Part shown: in pieces, positions 38,991 through 53,850 of the stretch
How the letters are laid out: the number at the start of each line of letters is the position of its first letter
Numbering within the stretch: position 1 is the first letter of the stretch
Source of the DNA: Trichoplax sp. H2
Taxonomy: Eukaryota
NCBI GenBank assembly: GCA_003344405.1
Contig: NOWV01000015.1
Span: forward strand, 372,001-436,000
Length of the DNA: 64,000 nt
Reading direction: 5' to 3'
Position numbers and translations under genes: made by a program
The notes under the pieces: generated by a model
The model's database searches: none
The model's input: the letters and a program-made list of their open reading frames with translations, nothing else
Told to the model about the DNA's origin: nothing

Positions 38991-41900
38991 AAGAATTCCA
39001 TTACGCAACTACGAAAATATTGCTTGGTATAGCAGCTACAATAGTGCTAAAGTTATTTACTTTATATTATACTAAGCTGAAGGATGAGTATTAGCTAGTG
39101 AAGAGTGCAAAGGCAGTTATAGTAAAAAGTGGAAACGACTTTATTTTATTCGCTGATTTGAAATAATATAAGGATATCTTGTCGATTATCCAATATAAAT
39201 AACTCTACCGTTTGCTACCGATCCCCTAATGGTGCAGTTATTTATCACGGCAATTTTATGTCCCTAGGAGCTAATGTAAATCTAATGAGAAGAAATTAAA
39301 TATTACACTAAGATAATAATTGGACTGTAACGCACTGATTACTCACATCGATAATTAGAGTAGACAATATTATTACGTAAAGCCATAAGGGTAGAATACG
39401 TCTAAAACTTAATTTAATTAATTACTATTCTTACTTGAATAATTTAACTCAAAATGCAGTAATCATTTTATTATTTCAGATGTAACTGCAGGTGATCACA
39501 TTCATATTTATCAGTTGTAAGTTTTAGATAGTGAAGTAACAGGGATTAATAATACTTTAAAGAAGATAAAGCGAATTACATCCGTATGGGTTTATGATAT
39601 CTAGTTATTTTATCTCAACTTATTTTAATGTTTTAAAGGTAAATTTTAATTTAACTGATTGGTAATTATCGATAATTAGGCATCATTAATTTATTAATGA
39701 TTTGGTTAGCTTACAATATGCCTACAACGTATCCACTGTTATAAATAGTGGAAACATGTTAAGTATTGACTTTGTAACATGGTTTTAGCATTAATAAGTT
39801 TAGCTTTTGAATTATAAATATTTATACATCAAAGCATTAATATTAGATCTTTTGTTAATTATAGCTTCTTAAGAAGTGAAAGAGCTAACATCTGCTTTAA
39901 ATTACTGCATATTATTACCCCATCTTATAGACTAAGATCTGTGTAACTACTAAGAATTGTTATATTTATTCTTGTTATATCTTTATAGATGATACTTTTC
40001 AATATTGTTTACAACTTTAATAACTTCTAAGTATTATAAAACATAGAATATTTGCCCTTATTTATATTTACGCTTCAGAGGAAGCAAAAGAACTACCACA
40101 TATTTTATAATCTTATTTTTACAGCTCTGAGAGGGGAATTAGGTGGGATGTAGTTATAATTGTACAATGATCAGCTACTTACTTGTTTGAAAGTCTAACC
40201 ATTGTAATCTAATTATTTGCAGTGTTAGACGGTAACTGGTAGTACGATATCGTTGCATAATTATAACAGCTATTCAGATAATTACTACATTTCTTAAATT
40301 GATATCTACGTTGTTACTCCAAAAACTGCTTTTATCTCTTCTTTTTATATCTCTAAGCAATAGTATATTTCAAATTTTAGTATAACATTTAAAGCTTTTT
40401 AATTATTGCATAAAATATTAGAATTTGTCTATCATTTATAGCCTTAGAGAAGTGAAAGAGCAACCATATGTTGTAAAATGTTATTGTACTTTATTTTCTA
40501 TATTCTATAAATCGATCTCTTTACAGCTATTATTAATTACCGTATAATTCTTACTATATTTCTACCAATTAATATAGGTGGGGTTTATGACAAAGTTTAC
40601 AGCTTTTTAAGTATCATGTATCTCTCTATATATTTATAGCTCAATTCATTACCAGTAACTTCGTATGCAAACGTTAAAAATTACCATTGCTATCATAGCA
40701 ATTTGACTATTTTTCGATTAATTCCTACTTTACTCTACTCTTGCAAGTTAATTTTAATCCACATTCATATTATTGACTAATTTTCAATTTATAATTCATA
40801 TCTACAACTGAAAGAAAATCATCGCCATATATGTAAGAATTATACTATCGATTTCTTAGGGTAGATCAAAGTTTAGGGAATAAAGAGTATTCATAAAACT
40901 AGTCATTCCTTACGCATTTTAAATTAGCTCATTGGACAAATCGCATTAGTCGTCTTACGTCGTCTCTTATTGTTTATTCATACGATGATCTTAATCAAAC
41001 AGTGCCAAATAATTAGCAATTAATATTCTAGAGAGTAAAAATAATACAATGTACTTGGTAGTCCTATCAGATGCTTGTGCAATTCTTTTATTTGTTACGG
41101 TACTTTATGGGCATGATTATCCCTTTCTATTCAAAAAAATTACTCTCTATTGATGTTATAAGGATTAGATATTTGAAACTTATACAGATACAACCCTATT
41201 GATAGAATAATTTCAAAAGACAGCCGCTGTACAGTAATATCTGTATACAGATTATTTGCTTTTTGCCAAAACCTACTTGAAAAACTTCCAATATTTATAG
41301 GAATAAATAAATTCTATTAATTCTTATTATTATCCAAGCTTACAACTGTTGGCTTCGGTTTGATGCAAGCAAAAGGACAGAATCATAAATGTAATTAACC
41401 TCTCGTAATTAATAATAAATAACATCAATTTTTGCAATAATGAAATATTCCATCGATGACAATTCGTATAGACTTCTATTACTTTAGTTTTGAACCTTAA
41501 ACTGACATTTCTAATACTCACATAAGACATTATGGTTTTAAATTGTGCGAACTAATTGTCGGCATACGTTTTTAGAGTAAGGTGATCCAAGATAATTAAT
41601 TAATTTGAAATAAATGTTGCCTAAAGACAATCCTAGTTATACAATATGATAGGATAATTATATTAGCAAGACCATATGAAATAATTTTGAAAAAATGTTG
41701 ATCAATTACCAAGGGATGTGGCAATAATTAAATAAGAAAATTTTTAAATTCTTGCATGTTGAAAATGGCTTCATAAAAATATCTGCCTGATTCATTATGA
41801 AAGAAAACAGTCATTGAAAAACAGATACAATCTACTAAAACTTATTATAAAATTAATACTAATCTATTGAAGCTCAATAATAAATGTAGAGGTCATTCTT

Positions 41901-44679
41901 TGCATCAAAGTATAAGCAACAATCTAGAAGGGTGAGAAAGTTAATTTTAAATGACCTCATGAATAGTTCCTTTAGTATCATCGTGTCGAAATAGAGTAAA
42001 AATTTTATTATTGAAGCAGTACCATTGCCAAAAGATTAAAAATCAATGCTTAAACAGTGCTGTAGTTAAGAAATAGGATAGCTAATCGATTAGAACTACA
42101 TCTTACGTCGGTAATGACGAGGACAAGATTATAAATACAAACTGCAACAATAATAATATTATAAATCGAAGTAAACGGTATTGTCAATAGTATGCCTAGT
42201 AAACAAAGCAGCAGCATCCATATGGATATTCAATTTTGGGACTTGTTTAATTTGAGAAAACGACCTACGTAGAAAATGGGTGATAATTAAGTTAATTTTG
42301 AAAGGACCTACAGGAATAATAGCTAAAAATTGCTATTATTATTTTGGTGGTAGACTAGTTAGAGTCTACTCTATCCTATTGCATGAATTTTATTGAAATC
42401 TTATCGAGAATTATAGACAAGTATTGGCAGAATTTTAATCTAGCTAAAGTATAAACTAATTGAATACATCCACCAATAAGTTTACATTATAATCTTAATA
42501 ATAAGCATTGACATGGTAGACATTAATGCAATGTATAATGAATATAAGATCGGTTATCCAATTGTAAAACTTTCAGAATTGGACTATTGTCCTTTAATAC
42601 GGCTGCATTGTACAGTAGATTTCATTTCGATTCCATTAACGTCTAAATCTATCCTCTGCAGACAAATTCCTTCGATAATTATCTTACAGAAATAACAGTA
42701 ATTAATCTTTGTGGAATTCATTTCCATATCTATTCTAGCGGCCATATATATTGTGATGACTACTAAATAAATGCTGTGGTCTTATTGCTACTTATTCATT
42801 GTCACAGCAAATAGAGATGGAATCTGATGACAATCAGTTTATATAAACATCTTTTTCTATGGTCTAGTTTCAGTAATCGTATTATAGGATGATAAATAAC
42901 TTTCTTGTCACGAGACGAGAATTGAATATATATCATTGATGGATCAGAATCGCTGTCAACTATCTTCTATCCATATTATCGATTGGAATCGTTCTCCTAG
43001 TAGGATAGACCTGCGGGCTATTGCATACTGGTAAGAGACTACATCTTAATTTACTTACTTAATTATATTTTATCTATTCATCATAAAAAGGACGAGACAG
43101 ATTGCAAAATCCACCAATGCAACATTTGACCTTATCAAACCTTGGCAAAAAGCAATTTATTAATTTAAACTCCAAATTTTACCCTTTTTTTTAAGGTAGC
43201 AATGGAGCAGACTGAGGCAGAAAGATCACTTTCTACAACATTGTAGGCTAAAATACTAGTACTAAAATTGAATGACTCATCATATTGAATATCAGCATGA
43301 TCTCTTTTGAAAGGTTTTTCTATTTGTAATGATTGAAAACAGTCAATCTCGCCCTTTTAGCTTCATATCGTAAAATTGTATTCTAGCATAACGAATAGGA
43401 TGGATCAAAGTTTGTAGTAAAATCGAATCATTTAACAAATTGAATATAATCCTCGTATCGATTCGATTTCTTTTGTGAGTTCAAAATCATAATTGAAAGA
43501 TTATATACAACTTGCTTTCTTTGCACAATAAGATCAATATCTATATCAATATGATGGATTAATACTGGCACTAAAACCCATCAATTTAGCCTAGTGAACT
43601 TCAGCATGATGTTTTAAAAGAATTTTTTCCATGTACACCTGTTCATAGGCTGCAAATCATGCTACCTTTGCTCAATAATATACTATAGTAATATGATCGC
43701 TTAAAATCGTTAACGAAAATTCAATAACCAGCATATTGAGCAGTGCTATGAGGTTAATTACAATTCTTTGTAAACATATCGATATTTGAAAGGCCCTAGA
43801 TTTCCCTTTCTTTACTCAATAGAGAAAATACCTAATTTTAGGATATACTAACGAAAATTGGAGTCACGTTTCGTACAATGCTGATGATAACATTCTAATC
43901 CAAGTGTGTTATTCACCATTAATTAGAATATCATTTATTTATACTTCTCAACCTTTGAATCATTTATTTAACTTTTGAATATTCCTAACATTGTCCAATT
44001 AGCTGATCAAAGGATAAAAATGACGGAAATAACATCCTTTACGATATTTTCGGTAATAAGAAACATCTGCTTAGCTTAATTGAATAGAAATGACCCAATA
44101 CCAAATCTAATTTTAATCTTTTTCTATTTCTATACAGTCATGATTAGTCATGATTGCTGTCTTGATTTAATTGTAATTAGCTTAAGCGCTCTGTTCCGAC
44201 TACTAAAAGAATAATGAAGATTATGTCGATCTATTTTATTAATCTACCTGATCAATACATTCGTCAGACCACTGTTTTGAGTTTTAGTCGAACGTGTTTT
44301 AATTAGAAAATGGAATTATTTCGGTCAAAAGTTAGAAAAATACGTATAGAATGGAGTTTTAATGAAGTATCGTTCTATTTATAATTTGAAAATTGTAGAT
44401 CGATTTTATTAAAATATGGATAGATGAGTTTATGATAGCACGTGCAAGGTCATATGGAATGCCAAATGTTCAAAAAGTAACAGTAAAACAGTAAGCACTC
44501 GGGAATTTATGCAAACTCGTGTGCATATATTTACTACGCTCGTGTAGTCTAATAAGTTAAAGTTAAACAATAAATATCTTTTGATATTTATAGTGTATTA
44601 ACTAAACTAAGAGTGAATTTAAAATTGAATAATTCCTTTACTTTAAATAACAAATCTTGTGAGTAAATACTGATAAAGC

Positions 44680-45290
44680 AACATAAGATGGCAAGAGATC
44701 AAAGATTAATTTGAATAGCACATTGAAATCTGGACGAAATTTTTAAATATATATTTTGCTTATATCCATCACGAGAGAAGATACGACATAAAATAGCAAA
44801 AGATGAAAGAGCAATTTGAATAGCTCATTGATATCCAAACTAAACTTTTAAATCTGTTTTGCTTATATCCGCCACTAGGGAAGATACAACATAGCATAGC
44901 AAAAGATCAATTTGAATTGGCCAATGATATCTAAACTAAAGTTTTAAATATGTTTTGCTTATTTCTATCACGAGCGAAGATACAGCATAAAATAGCAAAA
45001 GATGACGATTAATTTGAATAGCCCATTGATATCTAAACGAAACTTTTAAATATGTTTTACTTCTATGCCTCACGAGCGAAGAAACAGCATAAAATAGCAA
45101 TAGATGAAAGATCAATTTGAATAGGTCATCAATCTCCAAACGAAAGTTTTAAACATGTTTAAATCTATCCATCATTAGCGAAGATTAAACATAAAATAGC
45201 AAAAAGATGAAAGATCCATTTGAATAGCCATTATAATAGCTAAATGAAAGTTTTAAATGTTTTTTGCTTATACCCGTCACGAGTGAAAAT
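44680..45290. repeat. Tandem minisatellite, ~102-bp unit, ~6 copies
   Basis: cacgagcgaagatacagcataaaatagcaaaagatgaaagatcaatttgaatag...ttttaaatatgttttgctta recurs at about 44770, 44873, 44968, 45071, 45173 and 45278, with a partial unit before. Confidence 0.9.
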
Positions 45291-45914
45291 AATATATCTT
45301 AAAGCGTAGGAGTAGAAATAATTATGTCAAAACCACTTGGAAAATTGATACACACCCGTGCGCATATACTATTTAAAGTCCAATAATGCAGTATAAAAAT
45401 AAATGAATATTTTTAATAGTATCCATAAAGTAAGAAGATACAGTAAATTACTCGATTTTCCAATTTTGGGATCAATTTGATAATTCATGAATATATACCA
45501 TCAAAGGGTAGCAGTAAAAATGATAAACACTTTAGAATTACCGTATAACTATTCATTTACGTCTTTAACCTTGGTTATCAGTACTGAGAAGGCAGTAAAA
45601 CTAAACCCTTTAGAACTCCGATTCTTTACAATTACAGTCACTAATTTTCGTTCTATGAGTGGATAAATGATTATGGAATGGCTTAATTAATCATTTCGTC
45701 ATCATGAATAATATTGCCGCTCATCTAGCATCATGAATTTAAAACGATTTAGATACACTTAATGCCATGTTAAGTTAAGGACTAAATTAGCATAGCTGAT
45801 TGCAAGACAGTATCAATTTCCAGGTGTATAACAAATACCATCGGTAGCCGATGCTATTGACTCTATTTGACAAGGCTTACCGTAACTAATGGATGCTATT
45901 ATCTGCTCTGCAAT

Positions 45915-46400
45915 GAGACTATTGTGCTGCAATAAGGTACTCGTTAATATATCCTTCTTATGGATATTCTTGGAGATGATTCAGTTACAGAAAGAAAGTT
46001 GAATTGATCGCAATATACTGTACTATTCGATAAGCTATTTATTTCTACAAAAAAATACATATTATACAGTTTACTCCTTATAAGAATAAGGTTGACAACC
46101 GATTCCATAGTTGCAATATGCCAACTTGGTAAATTTATTTTTCTATGAGATTATCTACTCTACACCTTGGCCACTGTGCTGCAACACAGTGCTCGTTAAA
46201 ATATCCTTTTTATGGATATTATTGGAGATTATTGTGCTACAGAAAGAAGGTAGAATTAATTGTAGTACTGTATACTGTACTATGTGATTGATTATTTATT
46301 TCCACGGGAGATACATACTATATAGTCATTTCTTATAATAATAAGGTTGACAGCTGGCTCCACAGCTCTCATATGCCAATTTAGTAAATTTATTTTTCTT
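45915..46400. repeat. Diverged tandem duplication (~255 bp x2)
   Basis: tgtgctgcaa..ctcgttaa.atatcctt.ttatggatatt.ttggagat...acagaaagaa...aataaggttgaca...atatgccaa.tt.gtaaatttatttttct occurs twice. Confidence 0.85.
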
Positions 46401-49149
46401 CCGTAAAATAAACGATTCTATTCGTGAAGGATCCTAATAATTTCCGTATATGTACTCAGTATGGCATACATACTAAATGATGTAAGCAGCATATATTCAA
46501 CAACAAATACAAGATTAATGGAAAAGAGTCCGTCCAGAGTTAAAAGAAAAATATATTCTGCGTTATGCTCTGCTCCAATATCAATTTATTATATAAGAAT
46601 TACTCTATTCTACTTATAGTAAAGATTCTTTCGAAATTTTCATTGCCCTTCTTTTGGTAAATATCTTCAACGTACAGAATTATATCGTTGTAAAGTATTT
46701 CTTACGGTTGTAGACTAATGATACTAAATATTCTCTATTTGACGGTGTTTACAGTAGCCATCCTGCTTTGCATTTCTGAAATGACATTCAATCGTTGTAA
46801 TATATTGCTCAATTAAATAAATTCAAATCATGTCGTACAAAATATTATTTTCTTTCTCTTACGGTGATAAAACCTAGATTTCTATGCCCAATTTTCATTG
46901 CTATTTTATCATGATAATACAGCCTTAAATAAATCAGCGGATCTCCTTAATCTATTATATCGATAGCATATATTTTATGACTATAAAATTGACTTGTCTG
47001 TCCCCAAGCGTCTCAATCAAGACTACCATTAGCGGTTTCTGTCAAGGACTACTAGAAATCAATCGTAGTAATTTCTAGTAATCTATATCTCCGCTTTGCT
47101 AAAGGGTTGATTTGATACACCATTAGCTTGCCTCAATCGAATCAATTTTGGCTGATTGGTCACTCTATGACAGCATTTATAATAATGTTACGGTTTATTT
47201 ATTCAAAGTATTATTTACGTATAGGTGATTACTTGCTAGAGTAGAAAACGAGTTTTTGACAATTTATTGTTTCAATGGTTCAGTCCCATCGTACAATAAT
47301 ATAAACTACAATTACTCAATAGACTATAGCCTATGGAATATCTTAACTATAATTTATATGTAGATGCTACTTCTTTGAACAGATTAGAGGTTGCAATGAA
47401 TTTATTATTCCATTTAACCAATACTTCTTTGCGTCACCTCTGTATGATACTATTGACTCTGTAGCACATTCAATGAAACAATTGATAAGTGGAAATTTAC
47501 TTGTAGTAATAGAATCAAATTTCTAATTCATCCGATCAGTCCTTTATGCATTAGTCTTAAGATAAAGATTTACCGTAGGGTTCATCTTAATTTCAGCTTA
47601 AGTGTAAATGGCCATACTTTTTTAGTAGATTGGAACTTACATTAATTCATTATTCAATCAGTGATACCACTAATAGCAAGATACATTCACTCTCAGATAC
47701 TTTTACTCCTGAATAGCCAATTCTTCCATTGGAATACAAGTCTCGAAATTCATTTTCCCATCCAATCAATACTTTTAGCAGTCAGATAGATTTACCAGGG
47801 ATAAGTTAGACAGAAGATGGAATGTTTAACCGTTCAGGCCATTCTGTAGCGTTATGTCCGCCTATTTTTGACCGCGTGTCAGCGTAACCAACTTTAATAA
47901 ATACAGTAATAAGAAGGATAGTAACTTAATAAACAGTGTAAGTATGGATAATCAGTAGATTATGCCTTAAATCGGTGTCGTTACCAGGAATAGTTAATTA
48001 ATGAAATAAAGGATATTGAGACTGTTTTATGAATAAACTTCCAGGTCCTTTCTATAATAAACGACAGAATGAACGGATACATCAATGATATTATAATTCT
48101 TGTTTGCTGATTTATTTTGTATAAGCGAAAAAATTTTTCGCTTTTTCAATTCTGCATCCAACTCTACAGTACATCGTTTCATCATTAAATACTGACTTCT
48201 GGAGCCTGGTGCATATTACTTGTAGTAAATAGATATATTACCAAGACTATATTATTTATTGCTTCACAGGTGACATTGTAATTCTTATTTTATTAGATGA
48301 CTTATTTCGTATCGATGAAATATTTTGGCTATTTGTTTTAATTCGCATTAATGTCTATATCGTTCTATCGATAATATTGCCTTTCAAAGCCTAGTACTTA
48401 ATACTTGTTATAAATAGATATACTACAGTTACTATTTTGCTATTCAATCACAAGCTGATATATATCGTATAGGCGAAAATTTGGGGCTACTTTTTCCAAA
48501 TCTGTATTAAAGTCTGCATGATTTATCGATAAATACTAACTTTTAGGGCGTAGTACTAATTATTTGTTGTAAATAGATATCCTACCATTGCTAGAATACC
48601 GTAGTTAGTCAACAATTCTATGCCCGTGCCTACGGTATATACGCAAATAACAAATTTTGGCCTGCTCAAAACTGATGAGGCTACGGGTATTGAATTTCAT
48701 TTTCCAAATTGGTTTGGTAGCCTGAAATTTTTAGCATTTGTTTCATTTTCTCCTTTTTGATATCATTCAATCAAGCTATTACTTATCCACCGACTTACTA
48801 TACTGCATATAGACTATAAATTGCCAATAGTCGCTACCTATCAAAACTATCGTCCAGGATATTTCATGGATTACTATTATTTGCAGTAGCATGCCTAGTA
48901 ATTGGTTTACCTTGTGTTATGTTGTTTACCTAGTATACGAATTATAGGAAAGAACCTTTCAATTATACATTATAATTTTACCTTGTGATACTAATTACCA
49001 GTTTCTCGGAATTGAAGCTAATCAATACCGTAATCTATGATCAATACTGAGTCAATAAGAATCAATTCTCGTACACTGTGTGCTAAAAATTGAGTAAGAA
49101 ATAAAACAATTTCCCTAAGCATTCTACTCAATCGATATTTCAATTTATA

Positions 49150-49780
49150 GCCAATACACACTACAGTAAATCCAACACAGACTGCTATAATAGGGTGAAA
49201 AATGCAATCCATATTTCGATATTCTACTCCATTAATATTCCATTCTCAAGCCTGTATTCACTAAGTTCAACACCAGTCTTTTCTACATAAAGTGCTATAA
49301 AAAGCTAAGAATTAAAACTGATTAAAGTACAACACAATTGCTTTGTGAAACGGAATTCTGCTGCAACGGTTAACCAAACTTGAACTAATATTTCTTTGAT
49401 CACATCATGGTTGCCATCCATTTATTTCATTCTTTTACCATTCTGCATAAGATTATCATTAACGTTCGACTAATTTGGCTATCTACAACTTGCAAGAACC
49501 GGTGGGATATCAAGCATGACAACCCATTTGGCCAAGATCAACATGCAAGAACATGTTCAATATTAAAAATTATTTTTAGCTGCCCCCTCCCTTTTTTGAC
49601 TGATCTTTTCATTTTGTGCTTAGAATATGTTCAACATATGCAAAAATACGCAATAACTACAGCCACTGGCTATAATATGTACCGGCATCGATAGCAAGAC
49701 GATACCATTTACATACTGCAGGCATACTTGCAAACAGAGAAAAGATGCCCAATTTTTTTTTCATCAAGCAGAGCAGCTAT
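49150..49780 (-). pseudogene. Possible heavily decayed rhodopsin-class GPCR relic
   Basis: LAID then RYIL after a 2-nt frameshift near 49690 (DRY-like), and DCIFHPII near 49200 (NPxxY-like). The two are about 165 codons apart, similar to class A GPCR spacing. Many stops lie between them. Confidence 0.3.
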
Positions 49781-51399
49781 GAGTCACAGAAATAGATAGG
49801 ATAGTTTTCGCTGGTTATAGCAAGAAGAACGACAATTCGTCGTATCGACAGAGGAGAATGGAATTAATTCATCGATCGTTACCAAAGGTCTATAAATACT
49901 TTCATCAACGCCTATTCGTTGATGGATTCGTTGAAATTGAATATCTTGAACTGGGTGTCGTGTAGAAAATAAAAAATTATTGATACTTTAATAAACTAAT
50001 TCGTGACATAGTACATGCAAATATGATTAAAAATCATGGATTAACAAGCTTACGTCTAGTCTTTTAGCAACTTGTATATGTCAATAGGTTAAAAAAGTAA
50101 CTGAGTACAGTATATATAAACTGTTCCATATTTAACAGCACGATCTTATTAGTTTACAGCAAGCAATATTGCTTTTTAAGAACACGGAAATAGTAAACAC
50201 ATTAATATTCGGAAACGATTTGAGGATAAGCAGATTATGAAATACTTGGATTCATGTCTATACCGCATAGAACATATGATAACTATCCATTGGTATTGAA
50301 AATTAGTCGAAATGAATGATAGCAGTAAGCTTGTTAATGACTCAATTGACTTTTATTGTAAATTTTTTTCAGTTATTTTTAATAGAAAAGTACACAAGTA
50401 GAAGATTTACTGCACAAAGTTCACGTTGTCATCATTACTTGGATGATTAAAAAGTAAGGGCAATAAAAGCTTTGCTAAGCAAATAAAAAAAAATTGCATA
50501 TCCATATTGAAGGAGCATTTCCTAAACGTGGATAGAGTAACAAACTGCTATTCCATTGATAGTAATTTTGCTATTTATTGACTTTAGTGCTTTTTCTTAA
50601 CCATTTACAACCCTATTTATGCAACTAATTGAATTATAAATGAGTAGAGTAAGAGAATTGCAACATTTGATGCGATGGGAGCCAATAAAGGATCAATGAA
50701 AAAAAATGGATAGCAAGCCTAATGGCCTTGAATAAGACTTACGTGCCAAGCAATGATTGGTACTAGAATATTGTGCTAAATTAGCATTCCTACGAATGAA
50801 TGAAATAGCATAGAGCAGACTGGATTTAATAACTATGCCGAGTAGATTGCCAATTTATCACTGTAAAACTTCCTCTAATGAACGAGAGATCGTTCAAAGC
50901 AAATGATACAAACATAATACATGATATCGAGAATTTGGAAACTTTTTTTACTTCTTAAGATATAAGCGTATGTTTGGATATATCGCCTGAATTTGGATTA
51001 GTGAGCATAGAAGAAAATAGCGTCAATTGACTAAAATAGGACGCGTTCCATTTCTTTCTTGTTGTGAAGATAAATAAATTAATTATTATTTGCATAGATT
51101 GGTAATCCATTTTTATATCTACCCAGGTGGGGATCCCAAAATGGAGCGCAAGCTAGAGTAAACTAGCGGCTATGTGCTTGTATTCATTTGCTACTATATG
51201 TATGAGTTCAAATTTTCGAGTTGTTATTCCTCTCGACAGTGCATCAAGGTATTGGATTACACGCAGTTCATACATGATGAACAGCTTTATATCTATAGAG
51301 GATAACCTTAGATAGTAATACTCAACTGATTTTGATCATGCCCATTCTGCAATCATTGCATAATCCTTTGCTATGGACAGATTATCGAGGTCATTTATA

Positions 51400-51770
51400 C
51401 TATAATGGCAAATCCTTACTATGTTCGTTAACATAGGTCTTACAGCAATTATAATTTTATCAATAAGCATGTTAGGGCCATCCGTTGACAGAAGATTTTC
51501 ATACTGACAATATGGTCTTGATTGATTTCTGCTGCAATCATTGGATATGCTAAGAGAACCTACCAAACATTCAGAAAAATGCACTACCATACTGTAATAG
51601 TAACTAAGGGAGGAGTTGATTTTAAGAGCCTGCAATGCACACCACTCTAATACATCGTTCCAATTTTTCGTTAATCCATCCAAGATATCGATGCAGTAGA
51701 AATACGTCCTATACCTTTAGATGGAGTGATAAATTTTATTAGTAGTAGTCTACATAGAGTACACTTCTTG
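51400..51770 (-). mobile_element. Relic of a LINE-type reverse transcriptase
   Basis: In order on the minus strand: LYVD (YADD-like), then after a frameshift KIYHSI, then DVLEWCALQALKINSS and IAVRPML. These resemble LINE RT motifs FADDTKIY..I, L..WC....L.IN..K and LVRP.LEY. Confidence 0.4.
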
Positions 51771-53264
51771 TATGATATCGCAACCTATCAAATAGCGTAG
51801 AATCATGTCTTACGACATCATTCATCAACTTAAGGTTAAATTCTATCATGCAAATGTGTCTGTATCTCATCTATAACTACCAATACTCTTTCTACTACAT
51901 TTTATGACCTCTGGTACATTGCACGAGTACTCGTATGCTAGTAAAGATCATTAGCAGTTGATATTGCAGATTATCAAAGTATTTATCAATATTCAGCATG
52001 GTATTGACATTCAGTTATAGGAAAGAATCAATAATTAATTAATTTTATTGTCGAGCAATATTACTTTTTCACTTTTACAGCATTATTTTTAGATTTTTTC
52101 TTGAATTTCACTTTAAAACTATGTTGATAATTAAAATTTAATGCAATTTCTTTTACTTAATTCCATTATATACGTACACAAGATCAGCATGAGGAGAATA
52201 GTTTATTTATTGAATTAACTATAATCTTTCTCCTATTTTAAATACTTTGATATCTTTTCCTCAACATCTACAGCAGAATGGAGCATACATTAGTTTACAC
52301 AAACAAAATCATTGTAGCCATCCTATTCCGGTGTCTAAGGCTGCAAATATTGATGATTAATATCAGTAATGAAATGAATTACTGGACTATAATACTGCAC
52401 AGAAGCATATGATTTGTATTAGAGCAAAGGACACTAGTAATCGCAATAATTACTCTTTGGCCATGATGGGCTATATTGAATAATTTATTTATTTAATACT
52501 AATCTACATGCTCTATCTGATGGTCACGACATGAAACCAGATTGGGCTTTACAATCCTCGGATAGTACACGTTAAAACTATTCAGCTAAAAAAATCTCAT
52601 CTTATCAGTATATTCCTATTTTAGTAATAAAAATAATGTGAAAAGTAACTTTACATCACAATTTAGCATAAGATTAGTTTAAGACTGTATGAATAAGATC
52701 TTCAAGACTGGACTATATCTTTAGCCCTAAATCATGTAACTGAATGGTAATACTGATCCATCATAGTAAAATTATAAATCAGCCTCTTTACCATTAAGAC
52801 TGCTGTAATTTAAACACTAGTCTACTCATGATCTAATATCCTCACGTAGGCAATTATTAGTCAAATTTTAAAGAGGCCCATCATGACAACGATTGCTAAG
52901 AGCAGTTAGTCCCATCAGCTAACCTTATACAATACGGTACAGTCATTTTCCCGTGGTACTTATGACAGTTAAAGTATTACCTTTGAACCTAGTCCAGCTT
53001 GATCTCATGACTCTTATGTTTGCTAATTAAAAAAATCATAATGAAATTAAATTCTTTAACCTTTATAGCGGCTTTAAAATCACATCTTATGCCATGATAA
53101 TGAGAACTTGTTCGGTCATGCTTCCAAATATTGACTAACATTATGGTTTTATCACTGTTGAATGCGCGTATACGCTGTAATTAATTGCAGCGACATCAAT
53201 TGATACTCTGATACTCTGTGCTACATTGTCAGTATGATATGTAGAATAATTTATAGACAACATG

Positions 53265-53850
53265 ATATCATGAAAATAGTATAACACTAGTTTTTCCAAC
53301 ATCCAGGACTGTTAATGGAATATTTGTCACAATGAATGATTATAAAATCAATTCATATTTTGGTCTCGTGTGCTATGCTGCCTGTATAGTGTGCAAAATA
53401 ATTTACAAGCAAATCTGAAATGATGAAAATAGTATAACACTAGTATCCTTAACATCCATGACTGTTAAAAGAATATCTGCCAAATCGTAATGTAATTAAT
53501 CTATATTTTGATATTGTGTACTATGATGATAATATTTAAAAATAGTTTATAAAGCAACAAATATAATTAGATTTAAACGAATAAAGACACCCTTTAAAAT
53601 TCAATTTCTGACGTTCTTTACTCCAAATACGATAGTATCATGAATATACAGTAATGTGACAATAGTTTTTCCTGCCATCTATGACCATTTATCAAATATC
53701 GACCACAACGCCATCAATTCCTATTTTGGTACAGTATATGCGTACTATGATACTTGTATATTTAGTACGAGTATACAGAATAATTTATAACCAATGTAAA
53801 ACCATGATAGTAGTGTAACATTAACCTTCTGATATATATGGCTGCTTTAG
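53265..53850. repeat. Degenerate tandem repeats (~150-200 bp, 2 clear and 2 faint copies)
   Basis: atgaaaatagtataacactagt....aacatcca.gactgttaa at about 53270 and 53424, with fainter copies near 53640 and 53805. Confidence 0.55.

Noticed and set aside
44936-45139. ORF with an internal repeat (HLLLFYAVSSLV twice)
   Set aside because: Produced by the 102-bp minisatellite.
47600-47890. Coding-like minus-strand stretch (ADTRSKIGGHNATEWPERLNIP...)
   Set aside because: It has several stops and no recognisable motif, so it is too weak to call.
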